Source: Balanoglossus misakiensis (Eukaryota; Animalia; Hemichordata). From it: a stretch of 64,000 bases of DNA. The stretch spans positions 7,042,043-7,106,042 of the forward strand of contig CM082593.2 in NCBI GenBank assembly GCA_040954595.2, in the 5' to 3' direction. Positions 12,461 through 26,830 of this stretch are shown piece by piece. The notes beneath the pieces are model-generated. The model was given only the letters and a program-made list of their open reading frames with translations. It was not told where the DNA came from and ran no database searches. Both the position numbers and the translations under genes were made by a program. Numbering within the stretch: the stretch's first letter is position 1; every line of letters starts with the position of its first letter.

Positions 12461-15290
12461 CAGACAGATACGTTAACAATTATACTTATGACTATACTAT
12501 AGTAGTTGAATATTGCTTGACTAGTTAGCAGTTTCCATATTTTATACCCCACTTGTGCAAAATTAAAGACGCGTTTTGAATCAGTAAACAAATCAGGGAT
12601 GATGTTTCATTTCATGACACGTAAAATTTAAAAAATGGACACCAGTGCACAAGTTGTGGTGTGAAACGTTAGGATTCTGCTATTTTATATGTTTTTACTT
12701 TGCTTCTGTTTGAATTGGGAGAATTAGGTGGTTCTAGTCAGCTGTCATACTTGTGTGGAGTGACCGTGTTTTTTCATAATAGTATATAAAGTACAGAACA
12801 GGTCGGTAAACTCACTGTGAACTTGACACCATGCTGAAACACGTCACGTGACATGCGGTACACATCCACCTTCAAAGAAGCCAATACTATTAATATTCAT
12901 AGCAAGATGCTTGTCTCGTTCGACGTTACATCCTATTCACTATTTCAACCTTTCTTTTTGTTGATCTGGACTTTCTGCGCGTACATGAACTTTTATTTTG
13001 CACATAATGCGCCGCACAATCGTAGCGAACTTTGTACCGCGACTGCCGACACGCACAGGCTTGTCCGTTTACCATGGCAACCCACCCCGGGGAACATGTT
13101 TGTTTAAATAAGGGAAAAAAGAACTTGCCAAATCATTCCAATTCTTTGTAGTGTTCAAGCTTGCGAGGAATCATGATGAAGTTGGAATAAAATGATGAGC
13201 GTCCGCCATCTTGTTTTTAATAACTTGACGATATTCTCTTATCGTTTCATCACTTGACATTCATTTTGAATGTCTAACTTAGTTTGTTTAAGATGACGCG
13301 ATTCTAATTTTATCATCAAACCACTTCACAGAGATCTTTTCGAAAAGACAAAATAAAGTGTTTTCATTCACGAGCTAACAGATTGAGGCTGGTTTTGTTT
13401 GTGATGTCGACAAAAAGCCAATTTCCAGCGCTCGTCACGAAAAACCGTTCCATAAACCACCTAGCTTGTCTCTTTTCATGGTCTTGGTTAGACACCCTGG
13501 AAACGACCGCTTCTGATTGCTCGCGGCGTCAACACACTTCGAATGACTCAGATTCAAGGCTATATCTGGATATTATTACAATGCCGGTCATCAAAGCGGC
13601 GTAGCGGGTGCTGCAGTGGCCGAGACAATCGCACGGCGGTGGTTGCATTGTGGGGTGCGCGTGACTACCGCCGATGAAAACACGCGAGCGGAACAGAACA
13701 CTCGGATTCGCTTTCGGTGTCGAGGGTTCGATTGCAAAGCAAGGGACGCCAACAGGTTGACATGTATGGGGCGAATGAAACTGAATCAATCGTGACGAAC
13801 AGTTGCATTTATCGAGAGGAAGCAGAACACAAGCTCCGCCGCTAACTAGCCGCGCAAGGCTATAAACTATACTCAATTTGTGCTGCCCTTCACAACATCC
13901 GGGGTACATGTACCAGGCAAGTGTACAGAGTCAACAAGTTAACGATAATCGCTGTCATATTCTGGGCTAGACGTGGTCAGGTTTAAGCGCAACTTATTAA
14001 TTTAAAGCCACAGTAACTCTAACTTTCGCTGTTTTTCCAGCATTTGTAAGAGGACGTTGTCATAATTCTGCTCTCTAAAATATGATGAATCACTCGATGT
14101 GTCATTGATCTATGATGATGGTCGGCCCCCACAATTAATTTGCAGCCAACGCTAATGCATATCATGATAAGCTGTTCTGACAATATCTTTGTAATGGACA
14201 GTTGATTTTTTTATTCGAGGGTATTATTAAAAGCACATTTCGTAGGTCACTCGATCGAAAAGGCGCGCCACTTACAGAATTGCATCTAGGATGTTGGACC
14301 TCGGGCATTGTAACAACCTTGTACTATTAGTAGCAGAAATAAAATAATACTCATGAAAAAAAGGTCGATGGGCATATACTAGTACATTTGTATATTGAAA
14401 GTGTCGTGTCCCTCATTTACATAAGTCTAAAGGCTTATCGCGCCTATGACCATGCGCTGGCGCACTTTTTTACGTGGCCTACTAAGGATTTACCAGGATT
14501 TATTTCATTATCACAATCCACGATATATTTGGTTGGCATGAATTTTAGCTGACAGTATATCTTTATTAACACTTTTAAGGACCTATCAAATTGCAATTGA
14601 CAGCAATTAAAGTCATATATTAAAGAGTACATGTTTATTATATAACGAATGCCCGAAAATGGCGTGCCTTAGCGGAATAAAAATGCCGTCACCGTTTTTT
14701 GACAACATATCACTGCGCAATACTATTACAAAAATAACACGTAAACGGTACGGAATGCTAGCGTTGTATCAAAACTGACAGATTTATATCAGGTTTGTTT
14801 CCTACTTCACTGTACTCAAGATCGTCACAGTAGATATCTTCTGAATTAGAACTAGATGTACATTCTCTCGAGAATGTCACACAGCGGGAGATGCAGGCAA
14901 CGTACACCTATTTTTTTCTGCCCAATCTCTTTTTACATATTTTCAAGGCCTTTAAAACAGCAAGGTAGTTGTCATGACTCCACATGTTAATTATTTTTAA
15001 ATAATTTACATTTCTATCTCTTAACAGTCCAATACTTGTGAAAGAAAAAAAAACGCTTTGTCTGTTATTTCGAATAGATGTAAAGATGAATTTTTCCAAA
15101 CATACTGGGACAGTTATTCAGTGGTACTCGATTTAAGTACAGTCTCCAACCGTGACGAGACAAAAACAAGCAGGCTTGGCGCGTTGGTGAACCCCTGCCA
15201 GAGTTGAGAGCTCTTTTTTCTCCAAAAGGTCGCTAAAGGTAGTTTGAATAGTGGTTAGCGCACTGTTGTGTTCCGCATATGCAACAAAGC

Positions 15291-15403
<113 letters not shown>

Positions 15404-16920
15404 GGGAACGGACTCAAATATCATTCACGCGACGACACGACGGTACAGACGTCATGACATGCTCGTGTTAACGAGAGACCCGCGCTTAATGAAATTAGGG
15501 AAACATTTCACACCGACCAAACGACAACCTCAAGCATCCCCTTAATTTCAATGTAGCGCACCGCATATGGTCTCTGTGCAGAGCCAGCGCAGGTGTAAAA
15601 GTTACACAGTAAAGGGTACGTGACATTATGACCTTTGCTGCCAGGGGTCAGTACAACTGCTACGCAACAATATACAAGCCATGCATCTTGTTGAGAAATC
15701 CCGTGTTATGTGTGCCCGTGGTTGTGAAGGTTTGGTGTTTTTAGATCTATCAGTGTCGCTACTAATATACTAATATAGTCTCGAGCTGTCAACATGACTT
15801 ACATAGAATCATTGCTCAACGAAGCACGGTGCGTTTTGCCACGTTGGTTTGCACGCCCGCACTTTCACCGCGCATACAGACCGAATCCCGACGATAGCCT
15901 AACAGAAGATTGCCGCGTATCGTTCAAATTGAATTAAACTGCGCGGCACAGTTATTAGCCGTCTTCATGACCTCTAAATGACATTGGATCGCAAGACTGA
16001 ATGCGATAAATTTAGTGAAGCACTCTTCAAAACCTCCGCAACTGCAGTTGCATTCATTAATGATTATTGTACCGACTTACCACTGTAATTCAGAACAGTT
16101 CCACATCACACGTTTCTTGTACCAAAACGTTGAATCTTGACAACCACATTCTGGAAATTTCAGGATGCCAGGCCATGTAAACTTCCAGCGACAACATTGT
16201 TTGGGGTGTAGTAACTTGGAAGATTCCGAGAACATACATCTTTCTGGTTTCCTACGAAAAAAAAATCAAAAACGACAAGATGAGAGTCTGCATGTAATAC
16301 GTGTCTATGTGCGCCTAGTAATTTTTTTTAGAACGCCGTCCATGTTTTCATGTGTGCAGGTAACAAATAAAGACAGCCACCTTTTACTACAAGCGTGCCT
16401 AAAACACTATAAACCCTTGTTAAGTCAGTATAAAAGCTTTAGCAGTGGCTTTTGGCAAATCTCGGCCAAACGTTACCGACTGCACAAAACATTGACCCCG
16501 GATTTCATACTTATCTCGAGGTCTGTGTTCTTTTTAGGTGTAAAATTTTGTTCGGCTCACTGACCCAGCCTCGTTAGATTCTCCTTTCATTCAACTTGAA
16601 GCTTTCTCATAATGAACTGTAAAAAGTGCTACACGCGCGCTGCGATCTTGGGATTTCTATCAAAATTCTCAAGTGATGCAGACATAACCCTAACGCTATC
16701 AAACGATGCCGACTTTGTATATTTCGCAGTGGCGTTCCCGCTTTGCCGCAACCTGTTTTAATATCGCTGTTTATTAACATTAGATGTTGGTCCATCTAAC
16801 GAGCCTGTTTATACGACACAAAGTTACATTTCTTGTTAAAACACTGCATCTATACCAGGTTCATACAAGGCTCGACTTGCATTACTTGGCTGACAACCCG
16901 ATGGTGCTGTGATTAACCAA

Positions 16921-16959
16921 GTCTCGCGAGATCTCGCAATGATCGGAAAATAGTCTATT
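16921..16959. mobile_element. Terminal fragment of the AATAGAC/TCTCGCGAGA MITE family
   Basis: gtctcgcgagatctcgcaatgatcggaaaatagtctatt is an inverted match to 42691-42727. Confidence 0.5.
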
Positions 16960-18614
16960 ACCGATCGTTAAATGGTATAATGTTAGTCAGAACGCTCCAT
17001 GGTAAAATTCTTCAGTAAAACCTACATCTGTGCAAATGTCACCAATCAACGAAATTCACTTGGACAAGACAAGACTTTAAAACCACATAGGGCCACATTT
17101 GCATATGTAAATTAGATAACATTCTCCCTGATATTCCAGTCATAAAAAGGACCTAGTTATGTTTGCAAACCTTCACGCTTTCTCACTGTTTTGTTCTAAG
17201 CGAACTCTATTCTAAGAAAGCTGAAAACCCACTTTAAAAAGAATCTGTCACTTCAAATAACAGAAAACATAGACAAAAACACACCATCCAATGTTTTTAT
17301 TAGGGTGTAAATGAACAGTAATGGCGTGGACCATCATTGCATACCAGCGATCCAAGGATGTACACTTCAACAACCCGGTTCTCATCAAAGCTGATCTTCC
17401 GGCCGCCCTAACATTTTGGCCCACACAGCTATAAATATCTTTGAGAGCCTTTTTGTGGTTTTATATCGGTGTAAAATCGTGCGGTGTGAGCTATTTTTGG
17501 TGCAGATTTGAGTGTTATACAACGGGTAAGCGATAAACAATCTGATAAGTAAAGGGGAATAGAAGACAGAGCGAGTCCACCAGGTGTGCGTTTGTTTGTT
17601 CTATGTTGTTAATGACCAATAGGGAGCGGAATTTCACACTGCATATTATGCAAATGAATTCCAGGGATATGGAGAAACGTGCTTTGTTTTATCATCGGCT
17701 GGGAACTTACAAAAAAACCACCCGGCAATTTTGCCTTTTGTCATCGGCTACCCCCCCCCCCCTCCCAGAGAACACACTCCACCCCACCCATTTCAATTCC
17801 ATAAAATCGTTTCACCACTACCGCGGCCTACTCGAATTTCTACGACCTACTTCTCACATCAACCACACCCCTCTCCCGGTATCAAAATCGCGCCCACCCT
17901 ACCGAGTAAAACGCAATAAATTGACTTGCACGTGTCGTCAACAAGATCTCTGCTCTCGGCACGATTAAGGTGGTAAGGGGTTTTAACAACAGTTTAGAAT
18001 GATAGAACGACACGCTGTAAATGTCATATAACGAGCGATAAATCTCCATCGGGTTAAAGCGAGCATCACATCATCCGGGGCCTTTGCAATCCGTCTTCAT
18101 CATTCGGTGTGTACATGGCAGAACTGGTACACGACTCAAATATGACACCGTGAGTGAAGTTTTATAATTCAGATTCATATTCAAAATTTACATCCTCGGA
18201 TGCAACTGCTTGCCCTCACCACTCTCGCCACACATTCGCCGTTGTGGCAGTTTAGCAGGTTTGCATTCAAACTATAATCAGTGTTCTATACCGGTTGGAG
18301 CTCAAACAGAGAGATTTATTATGAATTCTAACCAACCCTTCAGTGCAACATGGTATCAGCAACTCATGAAATAATCATGCAATCAAAAAATCTGAAGTAA
18401 AACATGCAAATGGGAATACTCTTCATGTTTGCAATGTGAAACCCTTTAATTCTCTGTTTTTCTTAACTGTCACGGCGGTGTTACCCTCTCCGTGCTCTAG
18501 ATGAAGTCATTCGTGACAGTAATTTACACAAAAACGTGTTTTTAAAATTCATTGCTTTCTGGCGCGCCGATGTGTAAGGGGGCAACAAAACGCAAAAGTT
18601 TTCAACCTGATGTA

Positions 18615-18900
18615 TTAAGGTAGTACGTATACGCGCCTCGAAAATCAGTCTTTAACCTTTTCTCATATTTTGCTCAAGTCAGCTTTAGATTATTCTCTAT
18701 CTTGAACATGAGAATAAAAATTGGCGGTCACCCTGCAAAATTGAAAGCAAATTGTCTCTCATTTGAAATCCAAAATGGCCGCCAATCTCATGTTGACTCT
18801 ATGCACAAAAATGAAGCACCGATTTTTACGACATCTGGACAAGATAAACAACATTAAAATTTTGAATTGGAAAAAATTTAAAGACCTAATGAAAAGAGAA
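18615..18900 (+). mobile_element. Degenerate copy of an old interspersed MITE-like family with a CAAAATGGCCGCC core
   Basis: Starts TTAAGGTAGTACG...CGCCTCGAAA. The core atttgaaatccaaaatggccgccaatctcatgttgactctatg aligns in reverse to 1-35, 29067-29108 and 33367-33412. Right boundary approximate. Confidence 0.55.
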
Positions 18901-21900
18901 GTATATAGCATAAATTTATGGTTGTGGTTGTCAACAATTGTAAACGATTCATTGCAAAGCGTAATTTTCACAGGTATTGTTTTCACCAAGGCTTTCCCGC
19001 GCGCTCGGTAAAGAGTGACGTTACACGTGTACTGTGAATAATTGCCTATTCATTATGGACAGGCTATTATCGGCAGCGCGGGAATCTTTCACAAGTAACG
19101 TAATTTGTGGCAACAATTAAGAAATCAAGAGAAATGGCGCCTTAACAATTCTTTTACCAGTCTCCGGAGACCAATTCTGCGGTATTCTTCCTCCTGCGCG
19201 TGGATCGCAGGTAGAAATCGTTATTTCGAGCTGTGAGGATTTGGCAACGTTATCTCTGATGGTAGGCATGGTAACATGGCGGTTCCCATGGCGGAGATAA
19301 ACACGGGCATAAATCAAGGGGGATTTTCTGCAAATTTATGTCCCTGGTGTCCAAGTGCATGAATGGATACCACTTGTCGACCTTAGAGCGTAAGTCACGA
19401 AGCGAGATTACTTTTTCTTGTTCACGATTTCACATTGTTTCGCATGTGTTCAAAGTTCAGTATGAGCGCACATCAGTAACTTAAAGAGCGGGGCTACGCC
19501 CATATTTCGCAATGATAAAGTTTACTTGCACTGAAAGTCAACAATTACTGAATTACCTAGAGTCAAACCGCTATTACCCACAGTTCACTGCGGTACGATC
19601 TTTTATGACCTGGGGATTTGACCTCTGCCGACCAAGCGCTAATCTGGACCGATTTCATTCATGCATAGTGGTTTTGCCTGTGGTTGTATTTAAGAAAAGT
19701 GATCGATTCATGGCTTCTCCTTGTACTGAGAGTTAAACCGGCATTCAGTCATTCAGTTGTGGCCAGAATTAACTCCCTTGCTATTAATACGACCATTAAA
19801 CTACTCCGAGTAAACTTGCTGTGGCGGTCTTCCGTCAAAGGAAGAATTATAATGTCACGACCGAAATTGGAACTGAAAAAATTGCATAGACATGCCGCCC
19901 TATCAGACTGGTTCGAACTGAAATGCCAGAACCAAACTTTTACCTGTCTGTGTATAGCGTTCTTGCGCACAACATTTAAGTCCGGACTGGAATTCATTTA
20001 TCAATAATAACATTGGTCGTTACACCATAGACACTAATCGTCTGCTCATATATACTCGCGCCGCTTCGACATTTGATTTCGGTATCTCCTTTTGCATTTT
20101 AGACAATCCACTCTTTGTAGCTATCTGATTGAACACTGAAACGATTGCCTCCGAACATTTGTCTTACCCATTAGCTCTGACCGTCAAATTTCTTCGTCTC
20201 CGCGGAAGAAAGTGAATGTAATCCGTAATTGAACCTTTGCCTGGTAAAAAATCTCGGTAATGCTTTCAAATTCAAACTAGAAAATTTGTCTTGCAGCAAC
20301 TAACTAAATTATCTGGCCAGGTACCCGGTATTTGTTTACTACAAGACTGCATGCATGTACTCTTGCGATAGAAAAAAATGGCGCCAATTTCCAGTGTGTA
20401 GAATATGTACAGAAATTTTGATCAGATATCTACATATCACCAGTGAGCGCGAAATGATTATTGCATTTTCAAAACAGCGTTAGAAATGCTGAATATCGAC
20501 TGAAAATAATTTTCAATGGAAATATTTAATCGTACACATTTAATAATACTTCAATTTTACAGTTCCTGTGTACTCGTTAATCGTTTGGAAACAGTAGTTT
20601 CCATTTTGTCACGTTTCATTTCTTCTGTTTATGTCGTCTGCAAAGGTCGTACATTTTCAACACACCGTGCATACATGAGACGTAAGTCATTACATTAATT
20701 CTTAACAAGTGCGTATATGTATAACAGTAATTCCAAAAGTAAATTTGAGGTTTTGCGTGGATTTTCCTTGTCAAACGACTTCATGAACGAAACGCCACTA
20801 ACGCATGTCAAAAGTAGCATAGTGACATTCTGCATGATCTCTCCAGATTTATGTATAATTGATGAGGGTGTACGTTAATAATGGATTTTTTGCACCACGT
20901 CACAAATCCAGTACCAACATACTTCCTATTCTCTTCAAATTATGGTGCTGGCAGGTAAAATGAAACAACGGCAACGCAAGAACAGCTGTAAAAGGTTTAA
21001 AAATGTATGAGTTGAAACGTTGTTCAGCTATGATGACGTCTACCGTCGTGTGGGATGCACGTGCCTGAAACTCAGATTGGAGACTTCAGGTCCCTTTGGC
21101 GCGAAATTTGCGCAAACATTGTAGTCTGGCAACTTTGCTAATAGAACACGATCTTCGCGCCCTGGCTGGAAGGTTATGCCCACTGAGATTTCGAAAACGA
21201 CTGATTTCATTCTATATCATCTTTTCTGAAATAAAAAAAACTATCCCAGAAAAGTTGGCAACATTATTCTTCTAATGAATATCTCCACGCTGTCGTGCCG
21301 GAAGTCGGTCTCTCAATATGCAAATTAGGTGAATCGTTTATCCACAGAATAATTTATCATTCTGGAAACTTGAATGCAAAACAAGAACGTATATCTGCTA
21401 CAAACTGATAAACGCAATGGGTTGTGGGAGGAATCGCGTACAATACAAGACCAATCTGCCTTAATTTAATACCCGGGGCAAACTTTACTGAACAATTTGG
21501 AACTACAGACGGCCTAAACATAATTGGATATGATACAATTACTTCCAAAAAAGAAAGATGGCGGTTCTACGATCCTTCTCAAAGCTTTTTGCCGCGCCTC
21601 TATCTGCGCGTGACGCCGATGCCCGCGGTATAAATAAGAGAAGTCTCAAATATTGGGGGTACTGTAGCTCCGAGATGTCTCAACAAATGTGGTCTACGCA
21701 TGCGTTGTGGCAATCCTGACCCCGCACTGTTAATTTGATACGACGATTTGACCTGGCAGACTTCGCTGCACAGACACCGGAGGAAAGAAAAGAAAATTGA
21801 AGCACGCGGTAACCAGGCAACGGAACAAAATACAGAAAAAATGTTGTTAAGTTAAAAATCATGCCTATATATACTCATGTGTACCTTTGACTTTTAGAAT

Positions 21901-22141
21901 AAAATCAGTAAACAGGCATTTCATCTGACGCCATAACGCGGATAAGAATAAATGGACTTCATGCTACAGGTTTCTGGGTTATCGGAATACATGCACAGAA
22001 TTGTATTTGAGGGGCTATCAGTTTTTGTTGAATGGTGTCGTGTCGCCTAACTTTGTTAATCGTGAAGAAAGATCAGAAAATACCCGATGATGAAATCGGC
22101 GGTGATATTGCTCATCGTCTCCTTTTGCAGTGATATGTCTT

Positions 22142-22406
22142 TTAAAGGGCGACGGTCGTCTTGATGTGCATGTGCTGTCCTAACAACAGACAAGATGGCG
22201 GCGACCATAGTCTGTGTGTCGGAGATCGGGAACAGACGGCAAATTGGGTGAAAAGAAGGGACAGAAATTTACATGAAATATGGAAGGAAGCGAAGGCAGT
22301 CCACTATTTGAATGTGTCGAACGCAAAATTTGCAGAACATTTGGATTCGACGTAGGAGTGCACATGAAATTACGCACATGCGCATGAGACGATCGTCGGC
22401 CTTTAG
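22142..22406. mobile_element. ~260 bp MITE with TTAA-type ends (Kolobok-like)
   Basis: Left end TAAAGGGCGACGGTCGTCTTGATGTGCATGTGC matches the reverse complement of the right end, TAAAGGCCGACGATCGTCTC-ATGCGCATGTGC (~33-bp imperfect TIR). TTAA on the left and TTAG on the right. TTAA TSD with 5'-RR termini is the Kolobok signature. Confidence 0.7.
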
Positions 22407-25400
22407 CTGCAACTTTTGGCAGACAATGTTACTGACTTTAGGATAATGTGTCGTTCAAACAGGAAGTGGGGGTTTTGGGTTTCCTCCTACTAAATTATGA
22501 TTTCTCTTAGTATGGTGCAGTGCTTCAGACGGCAAAGCAATAGATCATGTAAATAGCACCAGAGAAATACATTTATTGCCAATTGCGACGTGTACTTGTT
22601 CACGCATAGATACAAGCGACTTAATATACATGTACCAGGCGGATGTAGAATACACACGATTTTCGCTTGAAAGAAATACATGTATATTTGCATGATAACC
22701 CACCTGGATACATAAAATAATCTTCAATGATACTGCGCCTAATATAATAGTGTAATATTGACAGAAATTACAAAATTATGAAGTAGTTCGACGGAATTAT
22801 CACGAAGAACACCTGTGGCCTTTCTTGTTTTTTTCTACTCCCTATGACACGACATGCTTTGCGATGGTACTTTACTGCGAATGAGATCTCGCGAGACGTT
22901 GAAACTGAACGAGAAAAAAATTCTGGCTAATCGTCTGGGATCCAATTTTATCGTTCGCGAAAGAAATTTTACAGTTTGTGCTACATGTATTTATTTTAGG
23001 GGAGGGAGAGGGGGGGGGGTAGACAGAGCGCTGTCTGTTGGAAACAGCTAAGCTGCAGAAAATCCGGCCGCAGATCCCCGTGACTTATTATGACGTATGA
23101 CCGACAAACTCCTCAGAATGAATAATCGTCTGCTCATTCACAGACTATCGTGAGACAGGCGGAACTCCAGAGAGATTAACCGCACGCTATATCCCAATGG
23201 TTATATTTTTACACGTCTATATGCCCCACGACGTAAATTGTTACTAAGTGCTGTGAACAATCCATAATAAATGATTGAAAATAGGAAAAAATAACCCTTT
23301 CCACAGTTGCAAACATAATATTTTAATTCCAACTTCACTAGGCGCTTTGTAAGAATAAAACATTTCTATTCTACCTATCAGAAAGTCTCGACCTGATATC
23401 AATCAGATATTTTGTAACCCTTCTTCTAAGACCGGATGTAGCATATTCAAAAAGGCTTGTACATTTAAACGCCCTACGCTCTGTAACCGAGTATGCTGTA
23501 TTCACAAGTTGACTCATAAAAGCTAGTATTGTTGCCTTTCTCGTGTTGCACATCGCCATCTTATATTTCGTCGACGCAAACACATTTAGTCTGTCACTCT
23601 TCTCGGTTTTATCTAAACTACCTACCACTATGTAAATTTTGTTCTGACTTTCAGTCTTATATTTAAAAAAAGATCGAATATACAATACAAAAAGACAATG
23701 CAACATTTACTGATATCTACCAAACGCCTAATACAGTTACTGTGACGTCATATGTGGAGATAGTCAGCGAGGATATTCACTCTATTATCCAGAACATGGC
23801 TCTAATTATTCAAAATGTCTGGATGTTATCAAATCCCAGCATTGAAGTTATCGAGTTGTCAAATTCCTTTCAAACATTCACCCCACCAGAGTTTTACAAT
23901 ATTTTGATCATCTTTATATCTCCTACTAGATGAAGAGAAGTTCGGTTCCTAACAGCAGTGGTCCTCTAAGATATGACTACTTTTCCAGTATTGATTGAGG
24001 TTATGTGCTCGTGAACGAGGTTCATTTTCGCTTACGTCATGAGGCACCGAGTCAAACACTGAATCGTCAACTCAAGGCTTAATAGGAAAACACAGCATGT
24101 TTTAAGGATTTCGTTAAAAAATTTACAGATGAAAAAGCATGCCAGTGTAAATGTTCTGGTCACTGTCAACAAGGCATTTGGAACAAATCGATTGATGTGT
24201 TTTTATCGATTTTGTTAGAGGAAAGGGGATGATGAATGTGTACAGTGTATTGTGAAGATAAATAGCATCATCAGTCTTTTTTATTCTTTCACGGACAAAC
24301 TTGACCTTTGGAGAAATATACTAATGATATCTGTTTTTGGCTCCAAAATGAACTACATGTACTCAACTTTGGATGATTCGTCAAACCAAACGACAGAGAG
24401 ATTACTCATGATGATAAATACAGCGGCGGTACAATAGCTCATAAATATACTAATAAACTTCCGCTCAACATTTAAATAAACCATATTGCGCATTAGAAAC
24501 ATCACTATTACCTTCCTATCAGGTTATCCACGGACTGATTTTGTCTGTGCTTTTATCTTTTTAGAAAATAAAAACAAGCACCACTCCATTTAGACTTATC
24601 TAATGATATTCAAATACTCCCATGCATAATTCGACGTAGCGACGACTTTGCATCCTGGCTGACAGATGTTCATTTCAATGTATGTAATTCAAAAAAAGAA
24701 GACAGATTTGAACTTCGTTCTCAGAACCGGCTTACTATTAAGTTCCAAGTTAAGTCAATTTTCTAGTCATGAGAAATGTCAGGTATTGTTAGCTGACGTT
24801 TTCTTCCAAGAAAACTTGGAATTGGACCAATTACTGTGCAAACATTAAGCTCATCAAAAAATCCAGATGTTCATTTTTTCGAATATCCCACTTGAGGGTA
24901 TAGTGTATTGATAATCCCTTAATACGGACAAATCATGGCTTTGGAAATTTTTCTTTTGGGAAAATATCTCTATGGTCAGCATAAAGGTTAATGAGGGCGG
25001 GTTTGACGATTTCGTCTCATATGTACTTTCATACAGATTTTTCCAGATAAAGGTAAAGTATATGAAACTGTGTTAAATAAATTACAAAAAAGTACATTTT
25101 TCATGATTAATTTCCTCGGCGTCGGTAAATGTCACCAATTCTCGAATATATAGCCTGTCATCGAAGGATTTCCGAGTGAGACGTCTTTCTTTGAGTCGTA
25201 TTCGCAATCAGAACTGATTCTGACTGTGTCGAGAAAAAATGTGACCGGGCCCTCTATTTAATTTAATTTCACGCAGGATTGGCGTTTGTATAAGAGACCG
25301 CGTTTTTATCCTTTCTCAAGATTATATTTTAATCATTAATACATTTTCAAGTACCGACATTTCGTTGCTCGACCTTGACCTTACCTATAAATATCTCTCA

Positions 25401-26830
25401 CTCTCTCTATATATATATTAAGAACGGTTAAGCCAATGAAGTGGCATATGTCATCGCTGATGACATTAATATAAATAATGTGACAGATTTGGACTGATAG
25501 AGAGAGAAGAAAGACGAACGGCATTTAACGAATAATGACTGGAAATGCAGCGACCTTTATCGTGGCATCATACACTTGGAGTATTTAACAACGAAAGTGG
25601 TTTCCATCGTATTTTAAATTAATTTTAACATGTAGGGAATTAAATCCAATCTCAAAAGTAAGTTATATCATAATATATATACGTTTTGGGTTTAAAAATG
25701 TTCTAATGATTGGAAAATTTAAAGGTCATTAACATAAGAAAAAGGTCAAATGCAACCTGAATGTGCGACTTCGTTACATTTTATATAAAAAATGGTTAAA
25801 CGCAAGAATCGCACCATGTGGCTGGTTTTGTATTTGAGAGTGTCATTATTTAGTTTCTCGTCACCCACGACGCTTTAGTGCCAATGCTTTTCTTAACCAC
25901 CATTCAAATATGCACGGCAGTGGAACATTTCAAAGTAGACAGTCATTTCGAGATAGGTAACATAAGTTTCTGCGAAAAAAACAGCCCTACGGACATTCCT
26001 ATGGGCATTCTGGGCAAACTTGTATCTGCACGGATGTGAATACAGAGATTTATGTCAAAACTGATTCATTGTGATATCATGGTTCGTTCTCGGTGGTTTC
26101 ATGCGTATGCACGATTCCTCGATGACTTATGTCTTCCAAACGACATTTGAGAGATTTGTTGATCGTATGAGCAATTGTATCCTGTAGAGCTGGCGTTGAA
26201 ATCTGAACACAATGGTCGGCTATGTCATATTTTCTTGACTTGGGACATATCAATAGCAGATGGCACACTTGCCTGTAAGGTTTTTTGACAAGCGTGACGA
26301 TTTTCAGTTTTTCACAGCGCGCATGCCGGTTCGCGAAAGCAAGATCTCACCGTAGATCTTGTATGGAAATCTTTTGTCTGGACATTTTGTGCAACTCTTC
26401 AAAACAGAAGGCTTTACTCGTAAAGCTGCATCCCATTTAATCAAATGCCAAACGACATCGTGCATAAGATCAGACTCCCAGTAGCCTGAGGTGTCGGTGC
26501 TGGCGTTGCCTTATCAGTACTGATTGGGGGGAGCCAAGGCACGTGACTGTATATTGTATTTCAATCCCCGAAAACGATATCTCGATATGCGACTATATGA
26601 CCCCTAAGGAGTTTTTGTGATGATTTCCACCGTTTGCTTACTGAATATTCACAAACTAGCATAGTCTTGATGATGCCACGTTGTCGTCGCACCATCGGGA
26701 ACTCACAGTTTGCACTTTCATGATTATGTTAAGCGTGTTTCGCCAGCAGGTACAATAACATCAATCCCCGGTCCTGATTATTTGTTTCCATGGTAATCTA
26801 ATGTGCGTTACCAGATATTCAGTTTAGCAA

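Noticed and set aside
13529-13909. Cys-rich 126-aa minus-strand ORF (possible zinc finger or THAP)
   Set aside because: Cys/His spacing fits no known module and the THAP landmarks are absent.
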